In this document: positions 62,086 to 64,000 of the stretch, piece by piece
How the letters are laid out: every line of letters starts with the position of its first letter
How positions within the stretch are numbered: the first letter of the stretch is position 1
Source: Callorhinchus milii
Taxonomy: Eukaryota
Assembly (NCBI RefSeq): GCF_018977255.1
Contig: NW_024704742.1
Span: 121,956,001-122,020,000 of the forward strand
Reading direction: 5' to 3'
Length of the DNA stretch: 64,000 nt
Made by a program: the position numbers and the translations under genes
The notes under the pieces: generated by a model
Told to the model about the DNA's origin: nothing
The model's database searches: none
What the model saw: the letters and a program-made list of their open reading frames with translations, nothing else

Positions 62086-62899
62086 ACACCTCTGGTTTAG
62101 GTTTGACTCCACTGTTCCTATTTGCAGAAAAACTCGGAAATGTATGCATGCAAGGTCACAGTGCCTTGTCCATTTCACTGCCAATATATGCACCAGCCAC
62201 TTGGACTTTGAATGTTTCCTTCCTAAAACACTAGATACATTAGTTCATACATCAGACCTCAAAAGTGTTTTTCATTGTATAGCATTAATATATATTGCTT
62301 TGTTTCAAGGTCAGTTTTCTGCTGTGACAATCAAGCATGTAATTAGAAGCCTTAGTAAGTGTGTTGTTTTACATTAATCGATTTCATACATTATCTGGAC
62401 AGAGCTTTCTCTGATGGTTTATTGCATAGTCAAATCCACTGAGTATCTTGTAAAGTACCGTCTGCATCGTACGCTGGATATTTCGTTCAAACATGACTTT
62501 CAGGTGCATTATCTAGTTTATTAATGGAATGAGTGTTGAAGCAAAATATAGCACTGTATCTTGTTCTCTTTCAGTCAGAGATAGGAGACAACATCACAAG
62601 TAACTAATCAGTGTGTTAGTGAAGATAGTGCATTCGTTGAAACCATCTCCTGGAACCTGTTTACTGAGGCAGGTCATCCCTCTGTTGCTCTGAGGTGATA
62701 CATAAAGACAGAACCATCCCTTCTGAGATTGTTGGTGTGGTGAAATTATTGCCAGACAAAATGCTCTATCATTTCGAATCAAATCTTTATTAGTGCAAAA
62801 TAATATGTCTATTATAATTTTTGCTCCAAAATTTAGGGTGTCCATTCTACTGTTAGAGGATATGGATAATTTGTTTGGTTGAGTCCTTGGTATGAAAGC

Positions 62900-63150
62900 G
62901 GTGGAGGGAGGAGATGACCAATAGCACGGTTAAAGAGGAAGGTCTTCAGTCTCGATCTAAAAGTTGGAAAAGAGGGGACAAAATGGAGGGATTGAGGGAG
63001 AGAGTTTCAAAGCTTCGAGAAGTAGTGGCTGAAAGTGCAGCTGCCTATGTTGGAGTGGAGGGGCGAGGGACAAGCAGGAGGCCAGAGACAGCTAAGCAGA
63101 GGAGTGGGATGAAAGGAGGTCAGAAAGGTAGGGAGGTACCAGGGCGTAAA
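62900..63150 (-). mobile_element. Old L2 3' fragment
   Basis: Reverse-homologous to 16330-16570. Confidence 0.75.
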
Positions 63151-63592
63151 GGGATTTGTGGACGAGTGAGAGATCCATTAATCCCATTATTTCCTCTCCT
63201 GCTGCTGGTAGTGACAATGGACAAAACTGCATGGATTGTCCATTTGAAACCACACAGATTGAGAAACCTTCATCTCATTGAAAGAGACATCCAAAGTCAT
63301 TTATTGCTGTTTGATTAACATCATTGAAGCAATATGAAATGACTCAAAATCCTGAACTGGTTTGAGTTGACCACAAACTATTAGCTTTTCGCAATTATAT
63401 GTGAGCATGGCATTCCCTGCTGCGCTCTCAGCTGCATTATTTGTAGTTCAGGTTCAGAAGTGCCCACATTTCAGAGCCTTCAAAGCCAAAAAGTGCCTTT
63501 TGATAGGAATGGATTTGATTCCTGGGTAACTGGATTTTATTCAAATTTAAAGTGTAAAATTATAAACTTTTGTATTTTCCGTTTGCAAGATT

Positions 63593-63960
63593 ATAATAAT
63601 AATTCTTGCATTTGATATAGTGCCTTATCGTGTTTTCTAGACATCTTAAAGTGCTTCACAGAATATACTGTAAAGTGAATTGATTGTATATTTTGTGGGC
63701 GAAATGCGGCAGCCAATTGTGCACAGCAGTGTCCCACAAACAGTCATGGATTGAATGAGCTATTTAGTATTTTTTTTAATGAATCATTATCTCCAGACAA
63801 GCGATCCGCCAATCGACTAACAACTGGGTTCCGACTTACTGCTAGGTAAACAGAGGCGTGTGGAGTAAGGCAACTTGCCCAACATTTCGTCCTACTGGGA
63901 ATCGAACCCAGGTCTCTTGCTTACGAGCCGAGTGCTCTAACCACCGAGCTACAGGACTCC
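63593..63960 (-). mobile_element. tRNA-derived SINE, long variant, full length
   Basis: Reverse complement: GGAGTCCTGTAGCTCGGTGG (A box), GGTTCGATTCC (B box), internal segment, body and tail. Confidence 0.96.
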
Positions 63961-64000
63961 GATTTACTTTTAGGAAAGTAGTTTTTGTAAGGAGAATACT

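Noticed and set aside
62422..62443. miR-153-like (TTGCATAGTCA); also miR-103-like AGCAGCATTGT at about 10515
   Set aside because: Only 11-nt matches with no supporting hairpin seen.
62560..62606. Acceptor followed by SEIGDNIT, resembling IgLON exon 2 (DNITVRQG)
   Set aside because: Stop codon three codons later; no Ig-domain continuation.
63885..63960. tRNA-Ala gene (also other SINE heads)
   Set aside because: A and B boxes and an anticodon-like arm are present, but there is no acceptor stem and the sequence runs on into the SINE body.
3477..63960. Recurring near-identical ~35-bp palindromic units as a CRISPR-like array
   Set aside because: Dispersed on both strands at irregular kb spacing; they are SINE/LINE 3' tails in vertebrate DNA.

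Overview
Eukaryotic, CpG-depleted, AT-rich vertebrate DNA with no intact protein-coding gene, no true tRNA/rRNA gene and no CRISPR array. A large share of the window is decayed retroposons: L2-clade LINE fragments, CR1-clade LINE fragments (one of about 1.8 kb), a young tRNA(Ala)-headed SINE family with an L2-type 3' stem-loop tail, an older DeuSINE (SacSINE1/AmnSINE1-like) family, a probable RTE 5' remnant and AT-rich MITE-like relics. This repeat set suggests a cartilaginous fish, possibly a holocephalan such as Callorhinchus (inference, not checked). Almost all ORFs in the supplied track are repeat-derived or chance. The unique sequence between repeats looks like a very long intron or gene desert. 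The best non-repeat signal is a candidate + strand recursive splice site (polypyrimidine-TAG|GTAAGT at 48044/48045) followed by a 40-nt RS-exon-like unit with its own donor. It lies about 2.2 kb downstream of a MEF2/TATA element and a 55-nt, phase-1, signal-peptide-like exon candidate. The host gene cannot be identified from this window. Repeat boundaries were read by eye and are approximate, and many small, highly decayed repeat fragments are not listed individually.
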